From an uncultured bacterium (lineage in GTDB: Bacteria > Omnitrophota > Omnitrophia > Omnitrophales > Aquincolibacteriaceae), in the NCBI GenBank assembly GCA_964385615.1, contig CAYLPP010000003.1, positions 203,288-267,287 of the forward strand: DNA of 64,000 nucleotides, given 5' to 3'. Position numbers and translations under genes: made by a program. The notes under the pieces were generated by a model. The model had not been told where the DNA came from. It did not search any database and saw only the letters and a program-made list of their open reading frames with translations. Positions 18,731 through 30,700 of this stretch are shown here, in pieces (the stretch's first letter is position 1; each line of letters begins with the position of its first letter).

Positions 18731-21700
18731 TTAGGCAGATCTTGAAGTAAGTGTCTGGGCCTGGCGGGTCATTAGAATTTCAAGAGCTTTGGCATTAATG
18801 TAGGCATGCCCCTGTTCATCGAAGGAAACCACGGCCTGGGCTGCATCCCCGTACTGCTTTCTCAGGGCCAAAGCCTGAAGAAACTCCGCGCGAAGCTTTT
18901 CCGCGTCACCGGGCTGGCGGACCAGAAGCGCGGACAGAATTCCAAACAGCGTCTGACTGAAACGCGCCATCACCGCGGCTTCAGCATTCACCCCGGAGTC
19001 ATGATCATAACGGATGCCCACCGGCCACAGCACCTGGTTGGAAGTCTGATAGATATTTCCTGAAGCGCGGATCAGCGGTAAAACTTTTTGATTAAGAAGA
19101 ACGGTTCCTGAAATTTTTTCCATCCGGTTCTGAGCCGTCAGAGAAATTCCGCTTTCCCGGATTTTTCCGGTCACTTCAGCACTAAGTGTTCCTTTAATTA
19201 AAAGACGTTCAACTTCGTTTGAAAAATAACGGGTTAAAATATCCGCGTAATCGCTTTCGGCTCTTTCAAATCCGTTTCTATCAATCTCAGACAAGTCCAG
19301 CGCGAGCACCACTTTCCGGTTTCCGGGAACCGCTTCTGAAATTTTCTTTCTAAAGAAGGAAAGCATCGCGTCAATCATAGGCGAAAAGACCGCGTGAACA
19401 GCTTCATTCACCGAAGCCTCGGGCCGGATATTCGCCAGAGTCTGCTCTACCGCCTGGCGCAAAGTCTTTTCCAAAAGATCCAGATCGATTTCTCTGCGGG
19501 CAACTTGCTGAACCGCCCGGCGCAGTTCAGCGCGGGGAGTAACGGCAGTAGAAGCGTCGGGATACAATTGCATCGCCAATGCGGTCAAATCCTCAGAAAT
19601 CAGAATGGGCTCAAGCCTTGTCTCAGAGCGGGCCTTTGAAGCTTCAACCGCGACGCGGTCGAACCAGTATGGATCATATCGCAAATTCCCAAACGCCAAC
19701 CGCTCCGCTTCCGGGAGTGAATAGAACCAGGCCTGTCCGCCGGGAAGAAATCCAATCTCATTGAGAACCACTTTTTTATCCGGGGTAATAAAAAAGTCCA
19801 CGGAAACAATCCCCGGCTTCTGCCTCCCCTGCGTTGAGACGACATCATAAATCGCCTGAGCCGCGCGCTCCATTTCGGCGGAAAGACGGCCCTGCTCACC
19901 CGCTTCAAGCCCCAGCTGATTAAATGTTTTCTCGACAGGCCAGACATCCCGGGAAGTGTACTCGGCAGTCCGGCGTAAGAAACCTTCCTGAAGACGAACC
20001 AGACGATTCACAGTCTCCACCCTGCCCGTTTTAGGGTTGAGAGAAAGAAGCAGGCGGACTCCCCAGGAAACTTCTTTATCTCTACCGTCCGGCTTCAAAG
20101 GCAGCAAAGGAATTTTTTCTTCAATCAAGTAGCGTAAAACCGCTTTTTCGGGAGGATAACTCTTCAAATGCTCCTCAACCTTCCGCTCTATTTCACCAAG
20201 ACTGTCTGACGAGCTGAAAAACTGCACCCCGATTCCCAAAGCCCCCTGATCAGGCTTCAGCACCACATCCGTTCCGTAAGAAGTCAGAGCTCTTTGAACA
20301 TTTTTCACGATCACATCTCTCCGCTCACTTTCTAAAGTGAAAATCTTCTTATCCAAATTCTGAACCAGGTGACGCGGAACCTCAATTTCCGGGTGCGGAT
20401 CTTGAAGGGCCAGATAGATGATCGATTTAAAAGTAAACCTCTTCAAATCTCTGGACTGCGGGGGGTAGGCAAGCGGAGTCCCGAATTGCCCCCGGATAAT
20501 CCCGCCCAGACTTTCTTCCAGGGAAATATTTCCTAAATTATACGCGTTCACGAGACGAGGTTTCGTGAACCGGTGAACCCAAAAGATTTTTCCTTCTTTT
20601 ACAAACCAGCCTCCTAATACCCAAATCCGATTACCCCGGACTTCTACCTCTTTCGTAAACGGTGCCGAAACAACCATGGCCAGCTCCGGATGCCCTTGAG
20701 AAAGCAGGAAAATCCCGGTTAAATCTTCCGGAATGAAAAATTCCAGCTCCGCGAAAGTCAGCTCTTGCTCCGGCCCATCCGCGGTTTCCAGGAACTGAAC
20801 TTCATGCCCCATGGATTTCAGCATTGCCGCGGACATCAGCTTCTCCGCCTTCATGAGAAAAAGACGTTTCCTCATTCTGTCAGGATTGGAATCAAGATTA
20901 TAATCTCCAAAAGAAGATACACTTTCTTCAACAGCCGTGTAGGAAGCCGGCAGCCCCAACGCTTTCTGAATGATGGGCTCCACAACTGCCAAAAGACGCT
21001 GAAGTTCTTCCGCGGGATCATTAGGGTCCGTGAATTGCGCGGTATTCACCTCTTTTTGCAGAGCCGCGTAAATTTCTCCCCAATCCGAAGCATTCGCCGG
21101 AGCTTCAAATGAGAACGAGCGGACTTCAGAACGCGCCGCCGTCTTTAGCGCTTCGGAAAAGGGCGTTAGTGAAATTAAGACAAGCGGCCCAAGCGGAGAC
21201 TTTCCCGCCGCGATTTCCGGACTGGAAGCTTCACTGAACTCCAAAAAATAAATCTCGGGATGCTTCTTAATTTCTCTTTCCAACTCACGGCTTTCCGCAA
21301 GCTTTTCTTCATCCGAAATTTTTTGACTGTTGTACAGCCTGACAAATCCTAGACTTTGATCATTTTGAGCGTAGCGTTTGAAAACTTTGAACATCGGCCC
21401 AAATCCCTGTGAAGCCCGTCCACTGGGATCCCAGGCATTAAAAAATATAAGATCGTACCGTTTTTCAAGTTCCGTCAGGCGGGTTTCATTTTCCTCAGCT
21501 TCAATCTTCGTAATTCCGTCAGCGTTAACAACGGCTTTTTGGACAGGATACCCCGCTCTTTTACCCGCGATTACAGCCGCTCCCTTAGCTTCAAAACCCT
21601 CTACCTCAGGCACCGCGTACCCTAAGCCCATCATCTGATTTTGAATGGCGGGTAGAAAATCCCCCAGACTTGTTCCGAAGTCCGCGATTTTAAAAACTTT

Positions 21701-24700
21701 CTGCTTCCGGCTTTCCGGCGTTAAATTAAACCTGGCGTCCAGCAGACTCTCCAGAGGCAGCCGCGGCTGATCTTCCCGCCCCTTTTTATGGCCAAAAGCA
21801 TCCTCCGGAAGAATCATTGACCGAGCTTCCGAACGAGAAGCAATACCGGGTTTTAAGCTAAGCTCGAGACTAAAAATCCTGTATTTTTCGTCATCCTGGT
21901 TCGGAGCATGAGACGAGCGGACGTCACCCGCGCCGGCCTGATAATCCGGAAACAGATAAATTAAACTCCGTCTTAAAAAATCGATGGCATTCATAATCTC
22001 CGTACTCTGCCGATACTCGCCGGTCCACTGAAGAATCACGCGATCCGGCTGAGCTTCCCGTTCATTAACCGCTTCACGGCGCGCCCGCCCGAATGAGGGA
22101 AGCGCGCTTACGGCGAGGGTTTCCGCGATTGGTTTTAAAGCAGCGGTCTTCTCAAGAAAGTCCCGCCAAAAAGCCTGCTGTTGATCCGCCTCTCCCTCAG
22201 CACTACCCGGCAGGAATGAAAAAACATCCGATTGAATCAAAACGCGAAGGGTTTCCTGAAGCACCGCTTCAGTCATAAGGCCACGGGGCACGGTCGGCAG
22301 TTTTCGAATTGCTTTATCAAACGCGAGAGTCTGAAGATTTTCTTTAGCATTTGCCCATTTTGGGGAAAGAGTTCCGGAAAGTTCCTGAGCGGCTTCTAAA
22401 TAATCCCCTTGTTCGAAAAGCCGGCGCGCGTCCCAAAGGTGAGGCCCCGAACTCGTCTGAAGCCCCGAAAAAGCCCGCCGAAGTTCCGCTAAAATCCGGT
22501 CCCTTTCCTCATCCTCTAAAGGTGCTTCTGTCACAGCAGTTGCCATGCGGACCTCAGAGCGTGAACTTTCGCCCCCCCGCAAAGCCCCGATCCCTTCACT
22601 CACCGCTTTTTCAAAAGCGGTCCATTCAGGAATAAGACCGGGATCCATAAAAGCTGGATCGATTCCGTTTAAAGCCCGGGCAACTTCGAGGGCTTTTTCC
22701 AAATAGTCCGCCGCAGCCCCAGGTGTTTTTATCTCGTCGGCCGTTAATCGAACCGCGGACTCGCCAAGCGCTCCGAAAAACGAAACGCTGTCTCCATCCC
22801 TCCCCGCGCTAAAAGCATCGAGCGCTGACCCGTAAGCAAAACCCAAGGCTGAAAAGGACTCGTTATCGGGAAAAAAGAAACCGTGATCTACCACAAATAT
22901 TTTCCCGGTGCCGTTCTCCAAAACAATATTCCCTGGGTTCTCAACCACATCAAAAAAATTCACCTTCTTACGGATCATCATTAAGCCGGTCTTGAAAATG
23001 CTTTCAAACGCAGATTTGACTCGCCCCGACTCTAAAAGCTCCTTAGCGCTTTCTCCGTCCACCGCCCGCACACTCATAATTCCAACGTTACTTCTGAAAG
23101 GCAGCCGGGCACGAACACCCGTTCGAGGACCAACTTCCAGACGTCCCATGAGCTCAGTTTCACGCACTTGTTCATTATTTAAAATTCCCGCGTAAATACC
23201 AAACGTATAACTCCGGCCTTGAAATTCAGCGCGCACTCGAAAAAAATCACGGTTACTTCCGGCTTTTGACTGCGGATCGAGAATCAGTTTTATCGGCTCG
23301 CCTGCACCGGCTTCTATTTTTTCTTCGGGATAGATTAACGCCAAAGAGCCTAGAATAAACTTCCGGCTGGATAGTGTTTTACGCAAAAGATCACTCAAAC
23401 CCGCAATAAGAGGACCTCTTTTCTCTAAATCCCGAAATGCCCGGCTCTTGAGCGGAACATCCGCCGGAATATCGGCATCAACACCTCCATCCGCTAAATC
23501 CTCCGCGCTCAGCTCCGGAACCTCTCGAAACTCAACTCGAATTTCGGATCTTCGCATGGCGGAAAGTTCATCTTCGAGAGACGCGGGAGAAAGAGCGGAA
23601 ACAGAATCCGCGTTAATTTCGATAAACTCCCCCGTGACTTTCGCTTTAAAAATACCAAGGGAATTAATCCTCTCAACGACGGTCTGGCGGTACTTGTCCA
23701 GCCTTCCGGGTTCGGCCAGCATCCATTCTCCGGCGCGGCGGTATTCGTCCGGCGAATAGCCTTGGTAATTGGGCACCATTTCACGGAGCACCATATCCGC
23801 GAAATTAATTCGATACCAGTCCGTATCGACTAAAGTCCCAAGCGAATCGTAACCCAGAGCGACAGCATCCCCGGCACGGCGCCGGGCTTTGCCGACAAGC
23901 AAGAAAAGTCTCCGGGAACTCAGCCTTTCCCCATTTTTCTGATAAAGCTGGAGAAGCATGTCTCCTAGTGAAAAACTTGTTCCGGTCAGAAGGAACCCTT
24001 TATCTTTCAGATAGGGGCTTATCTGTTCAGGAATCATCGCCTCCGGATGAGGGTAATATTTAAAAACATTGTAGGCGCTTATAAAATCGAAACTTCCCGG
24101 CTGGGCCCCGCCCAAACCGTCGCTAAGCTTTCCAGTCTTAAATTTTACTTTCTTCTTTCCGCTTTCCTCACCTTGAAACGGATTGGCAATAATCGAAATT
24201 CCTTTTGCCGATCCAGCCTCCGGATTGAGCCGGACTCGTTTAAATTCCTTGAGATAATCCCGCCCAAATAGCCGGGTCCACCAGTCCGGCTTCCATTCAT
24301 AGCTGTAAATAAGTTTCGGCTCAGAGCCGTCATTTTCCTGGCGGATGAAGGCTGTCCATCTTGCAGAATCACTATCGAGAACATAATTCGCGAAGTTAAT
24401 CTGATCAATCGCCGTGTAATCTAAAACGGCTTCAGAATGAAGGCTTGAGAGAACTCCTGATATCCATTCCGCCTGATCTCTTGTGACATACGCCGGATAG
24501 CCATTTCCAAAATCCGCAACCTGATAAGTCCTCTCGCCATCCTGAGCCAAAGCTTTCGTCAAAGACTCAATGACAGGACGGGCAGGATCCATGCGCCCTT
24601 TAAAACTTCCGACGGACGTGACGCGATCCACGGATCGAAGTTCGGAACGAGCCTGGTTTTTTACAGCCTCTTCCGCCGCGGCCTTTATCAGATTCTGCCA

Positions 24701-27700
24701 AGCCTGGTCCCGTGAGGTCAACGGCCCCTCAGACGGAGCCCATATCCATTCTCGTAACTGTTTCTCCAGCCGCTGCATCACCTTAAAGTCCCCGCTCTGA
24801 AGATACGGCAGAAAATAAAGCCGAAGCGCTTCTCCCGCTTCCATTTCCGAGACCTGAATAGTCATGTCATTAGGAACCAGATCACGGCGGTTCGCAAATG
24901 AAGAAATCCAGCCATTTTCACCAAAAACCTCTTCCTGAAAAACTTCTTCCGCTGTTCTATCTTTGAAGCGGAAAGGAATTTTCACCGCACCGGGACTCTT
25001 CCGTTTAGGTCTTTCTCTGGTTTCTAAATGTGCGAGATACGCTTCACGGATTGATACCCAAACCCGCTGAGCATCGCCGGGAGTCACGTCTTTTAAATCC
25101 CGCTTCTCTCCGCGATAGAGGGACTCCAAATTCCGTTTTAACTGCTCAAGCGGAAAATTTCTCTGCTTCACCAGATACCACTCTAAAGCTTCTTCAACAA
25201 AAGCAGGTTCTTCAAGCTGACCCATTTTTCCCTGGACACCGGCCCGCAAGAATAAATCTGTCCATTCCACCCCAGCAGCTTCACGCGCCGCAAGATCTGC
25301 CTCTACTTTAACTGCCCGGATTTTGCGCTCCTCCATTTCAACCCGCCGCGCTTCCTGAGCGGCCTTCTCGCGCTGAATCAAGTCCTGATACCCTGCTGCC
25401 CCGGCACCATATCGTGGGATAAAAATTCCCGAGAACAAGTCCTGAATTGAATTTTTTTGCCCGATCCACGCCTGAATCTGAGCCAGAGGAATCTCCGGAA
25501 CCGTACCTTGCTCCGCTTTCTGATTTTCAACACTGAAAGATTCGGTCACAAGCGTGTGCAGTGAGAAATTCTGGCCATAGCCGGGAAGCTTTCTTTCAGG
25601 CCAGGGTTCACGCGTGAAAACATTTGCCTGACGTTTTCCCGTTCCGCTTTGAATTCCGCCAGCGGCGACAATCACCCCGCGCACCGGAACACCGGCCCGC
25701 CGAAGCAGTTCCAAATCGCGGACCTGCCCGGGAATCTGCGAATTGATTGTTTCCCGAATGAGCGGGTTTAAATCCGCGGCATCGTCTTCTTTAGCCTCAA
25801 CAAAATAAAGACCCTCCCCAAAATCCATTCCTTCAGGCGGCGTCACTCCCGGCCGGGGTTTAAGTGAAAGCATAATGTCGTACTCATGAAAACCAATCAG
25901 CAGATTAACGCCCAGAACCTCAACTTCATAGTAGGGTGCCAAAATTTTCTCCAGGCGGTACGCGGTCATGAGTTCACCCGCGGCCTCATCAAACCCCTTA
26001 TCACCCCCTAACTTATAAGCACTCATAAGGCGAATCACGAATTCACGCATCCCGGGAAGATTCGTATAGCGATCGGAGATCAAATATTTCAATTCTCCGA
26101 ATTTTTCCTGATTTTCCAGGATCCAAAGCTGTTCCAGCCGGCGTAACCGGGCCAGCTTGCTATGCTCAGCAAGAACATCCAGCGCCCAATCCACAGGCTC
26201 CTTTTCAGCCGGCTGCTCTGTATCGGTACGCAATTCAGAGCGCGAGATTCCGCGAAGGTTAGTTAGAAGCTCCCCGAATAATTCGGCGCTGATATTCTCG
26301 TTTGCCTCCCGAGGGGTACCCCCAAAAATCTGAACATGATTCTCTCCCACCACGCTAAAAATCTTGGTCCTGGCCGGATATAAAGCCAAACGGCGGCTGA
26401 GCACTTCACCCGCAATTTGATTGCGGACTTCAAGCCGCGCATTCCTAACACGATTCAGCCGTTCAAGAAATACGGGAATGGACGAAGGAGAGGTTCTTAG
26501 CTGTCTCAATTTTTTAACTACAAGATTGCGCTTCTGATCTTCACTCAACGGACTTCTATGAAGCGCTCTCAGTGATAAGGAAAACCATTCCGGCGCGGGC
26601 AGCTGCGTGAGCTGTAAATCGGGAACACCGCTGATTAAATGGATGAAAAGGAGGGATTCCCACACATCATCCGCGGAAAGCCCCAGAGTATCCTGAAGTC
26701 TTTGAATCACTTCGGGAGCTTCCAGTCTGGGAATAGGATCAAAAACGGGAATCCTCAAACCCCGGGCAACTTCCTTCATCGTTGTAACTTCAGCCGGAAG
26801 CGCGGCCTGGGCTCCTAAACCCGGGAGGACCAACTCCTCCGGCTCTTCGGCGCCTTCCAGCACAATGACCCAAGAACGGGGATTTCCGATCGATTTTTGC
26901 GCGATATCCAGAGCATATTCCGGTAATTGAGGATCTCCGTGCATTCCCCCGATCAAATCTACTTCATAGATTTTTCCGCTCAAAGACTCTTTCCACCGGC
27001 CTTTAAAGTGCGCGGGAGGAAGCGAGTAAATATCCAGATAATTTTGGGTGAAACTATTTTGAGCCGCCGCGTCTTTGTATTTCTTACGCACGGCCCCAAA
27101 AACTTTCCGGTTAACGAAAAGATCGTAAAAAAACCTGGGAATCACCAACAGAAGCCATTTGATCCAGGACTCCGGCTTTTCAACCTGATTTTCGGACGAA
27201 TTTTGCGTCCTGGATTCGGAGCGAGCGGACGGGACAACATTTCTTAATTGAATTTCCCTGCTCAGATCAAAACCGAGATAACCGTTTTCCTCAAGAAGTC
27301 CGAGAAAAACATACGGATCGGCTGCCGTACCAAGAATCGCCCGGATATTTGCTTCTGCCTGTTCTCGAATTGAAGCAATCGTGTTTCGAGGATGAACATT
27401 CGCGGGTGAACCTGAAGTCACTTCCGCGGCACGCCCTGTCTGGTAAATCACTTGCCCAATGGCGCCAATCATCCATTCAGGAACTTTCTGTCCGTCAAAA
27501 AGATTCCCAATCTGTTCTTTAACATGACTTTTAATCAGCTTCTCGCGCTCATAGGCAGCCTGCAGTTCGGGAGCCTGCGAAGGCTGGTACCCCTGAGACT
27601 TGAGAGCAAGACTGCTTTTCCCCTTATCCACTTCAGCAGACAGTGCATCCAGGATATTTCCGGGTTTAGCGATCAGGTCTCCAATTTTGTCAAAAGACGC

Positions 27701-30700
27701 CGCCTCCAGATTCGGTTGATCCAAGGGACCTTTTGAAACTTCGGCGGCCGCAAGCGTCAAGTCGGCCCGAACCCACCGCCCCGTCTGCAGCCGGGAAAGA
27801 GAAGAAGGCATCCCTTCATATTTCTGCGTTTCAGGAACCCAGAGATCTCCAAGGCTGATAATAAATTCTTTTTGCTCGCTCCCCGCTTCAATCCTAGCTT
27901 CAATTTCCGGATATTTTTCCGGGAACGCGTCGCGCAGAAGTTTCTGCCGTTTCTCCTGCGGAAGAGCTTTAATTTTTTCAAAATTAAGCGGGATTTTGAC
28001 TCTCTGATACATGACCCATCTCAGATACCCATGAAGAACCGGCGCGTATTCAGGCTTTCTTAAATCTTTGGAGGTCAAGCTCTCATCGCCGCGGGTTTCC
28101 GCGAGATAGGCTTTAAAGGCCGGGGGCGCGCGCCCCTGGTGCGTGGAAATCCATTCCAGCTCCTTTTGAATCGTGTCTGTCACAATTCCGAACAGAACAC
28201 TGTCCTCAGCCGGATAAAAATCGAAGCGCGCCGAAAGAAAATCATTCACTTGCTTAAAATTATCAATATCAATCATGAAGAGAAGAAGCTTTTTGTCATT
28301 GTCCATTACGCCGAAAATCTCGTCACCGATCGAAGCTTGAGAGTATCCCGAAACATGTTTATCCTCAGTGAGTCTTCTTTTATTGATCATCCGATATACG
28401 TCATAGATTAGAAAGGCCTTATTGGCCTGACGGTGATCCCGGCTGTCACGGGTGATTAGAATTTCTGTCTTCCTGAAAATTTCCCGGATTTTCGGCATGG
28501 CTTTTTTGAGCTCTTCACGTCCGCTCCGGTCTTTCCCTATTCGAATGGCTTCAAGAAGACGGGTTAAAAGATCGGTGGTCTGACGCTCAAACCGTGAAAC
28601 TGAATTGATCTTGACGGTATCATCCGGGTACCCCCAATCCAGTCCGGGCCAAGGGTGATGAACTTGCAGAGGAAAAGATCCTCTCTGACTTCCTTCCGAT
28701 AATCCGCGCCCCTCCGTGAGGACTTCCTGCCTTTTCCGGCTCTCTTCCATCATATCGCCCAGGATTTCATAAATAGTCACGGCAAGGCGGTAAGATTTTA
28801 ACCGCTTATACATATTGGCAAAAAGGAGATCATCATCAGCCGTCTGCTCACTGTCAACCGACGGCGGGATCAGTAATTCAGACAAAGATTTAGTAACCCC
28901 GGTAACAAAAACCGGATCTCCGCTGTCAATGCTTCTCCAGATGCGCCTGGCCATGACCGCGGGAAAATCTTCCATCTGAGCCTCAGCTTCAAGGGTATCG
29001 TAATCAGGATTGTTGGCATTTAAAACAGTCTCAAGCGTTCCCAGAGAAATCATCGCCGCGGGCGTTTTTAAATGCCCCTGCATCTCTTTGCGCACCGCGG
29101 CGACACGAACGGCCGTTTCTCCGCCGTCAACCGCGTTATCCTGCATCCGCTGAAGCGCGAGATCGAACTCCCGCCTGGCTTCCGCGTTAACTTCACTAAT
29201 AAACTGAGCCGCCAAGTGTTGAGGAATCCCGATAATCACCGGGCGTTTTCCTTTAACAACCCAGGCGGTTACCCCGTCCATTCTCTTTACAACCGTGTCG
29301 ATCGCGCGTTCCATCGCGTGCCACATTTCATTGCCGGCGCGCATACTGGGGTCTGCTTTATTAATCGCGCTCATCGGGGCCATGTACCCCAGAGTGATAA
29401 TAGTCTCCGCTCGAACTTCTTCGGAACGGATATTCCGGTTGCGCTGGTCGCGCATCAGCCATTGCGCTATAAATTCAGGCCCTAAATGCGTTGTGTCGAA
29501 ATCTTTTTGGAGGTACCCGTATAAACGGATCAAATCCTGCATCTGCTCCAGAACAGACGGAACCAGCCGGTCCCAGCGGCCGTCACTAGAAATTGCCGCC
29601 GCCTCTAAAACCTGCAGAATCTTTTCCACTTTTCCCAGCTGACCGGCAACGCGCAAATTTCTGCGCACAATGGGATTCGCGGTTCCGCCTCTACGCCGGT
29701 CCTCAATCCATTCGTCCCCCACCTTAACTTTGCTTTTTTCCGCCCGTAATTCACTGCGCGGAGCAACGGCACCGGCAAAGTAAGGAACCGGTATTCCAGA
29801 AGTCTTCAGCAGACTCATGACATTATTTTCATCAAGTTTTCCCAACTTATCGAGAGACCGCACACTGCGAATGAACGCGTCAATATTGGCAAGCCATTTT
29901 TCGCGCACAGAATCCAGGAAATCCCCGTTAATTTCATCTAAAAGCTGAAGATAAGAATCAGCCTTCTCCACGCGGTTCTGCGCGGAAAGATCGCGGATAA
30001 TCTGATCCCTCCACGCCTTTAAAAGTTTTCCGGGCTGATCGGTCTGCTTCAGAAGACGGTCGCGAGTTGAACGAGCAAAAGCCCGGGAGAGATTGATTTT
30101 CCCATTCTCAACCTGAAGATATTTCTTCCAGGACACATCCCCTTGCATTTGAGCCCGGTAAAGCGAAATCTCCGGGATCGACTGCATTTCCGGACGAATC
30201 AGCACGTAGGAAATCCCCGCTTCCCGTAAGATTCGGGCCAGACCCTGCGCATGAAACCCTCCAAGCACCAAAGCTCCCCGGTTCAGATTTCCGGCCTTAA
30301 TCCCATTTATAAAGTTTCCGGCAATCGCCCTCTCCCTGGCCTCCGCGTTTTTGTAAAATTCTTCAGCGGAAATAAAATAAGAGGAGGCAGGGTCTTCGGC
30401 TATTCCGTCTGATTGAATTTTTTCCCAATCTTTCCGTGAAAGCTCCAGAGAAGCCAGTTTTCGCAAGTGTTGAAAATGACGGATATCCTGAAGAAGTTTT
30501 TTCTGTTCTCCGGTTTCAGCCAGCCGATCCTGAATTTCTTCAGAATACGCTTCAAATTCCTGAAAGAACCGGGTTCCTTCTAGACCCTGAAGACGCTGAT
30601 GAGCTAAGATCCGGGCCTTGAGGCCCTCTGAATAAGCAAGCGAAGGAAGAAAAGTCTGCAGTTCTGAAGCGAAAGCGTCTTCCCGGATCTCTCCCGTCCG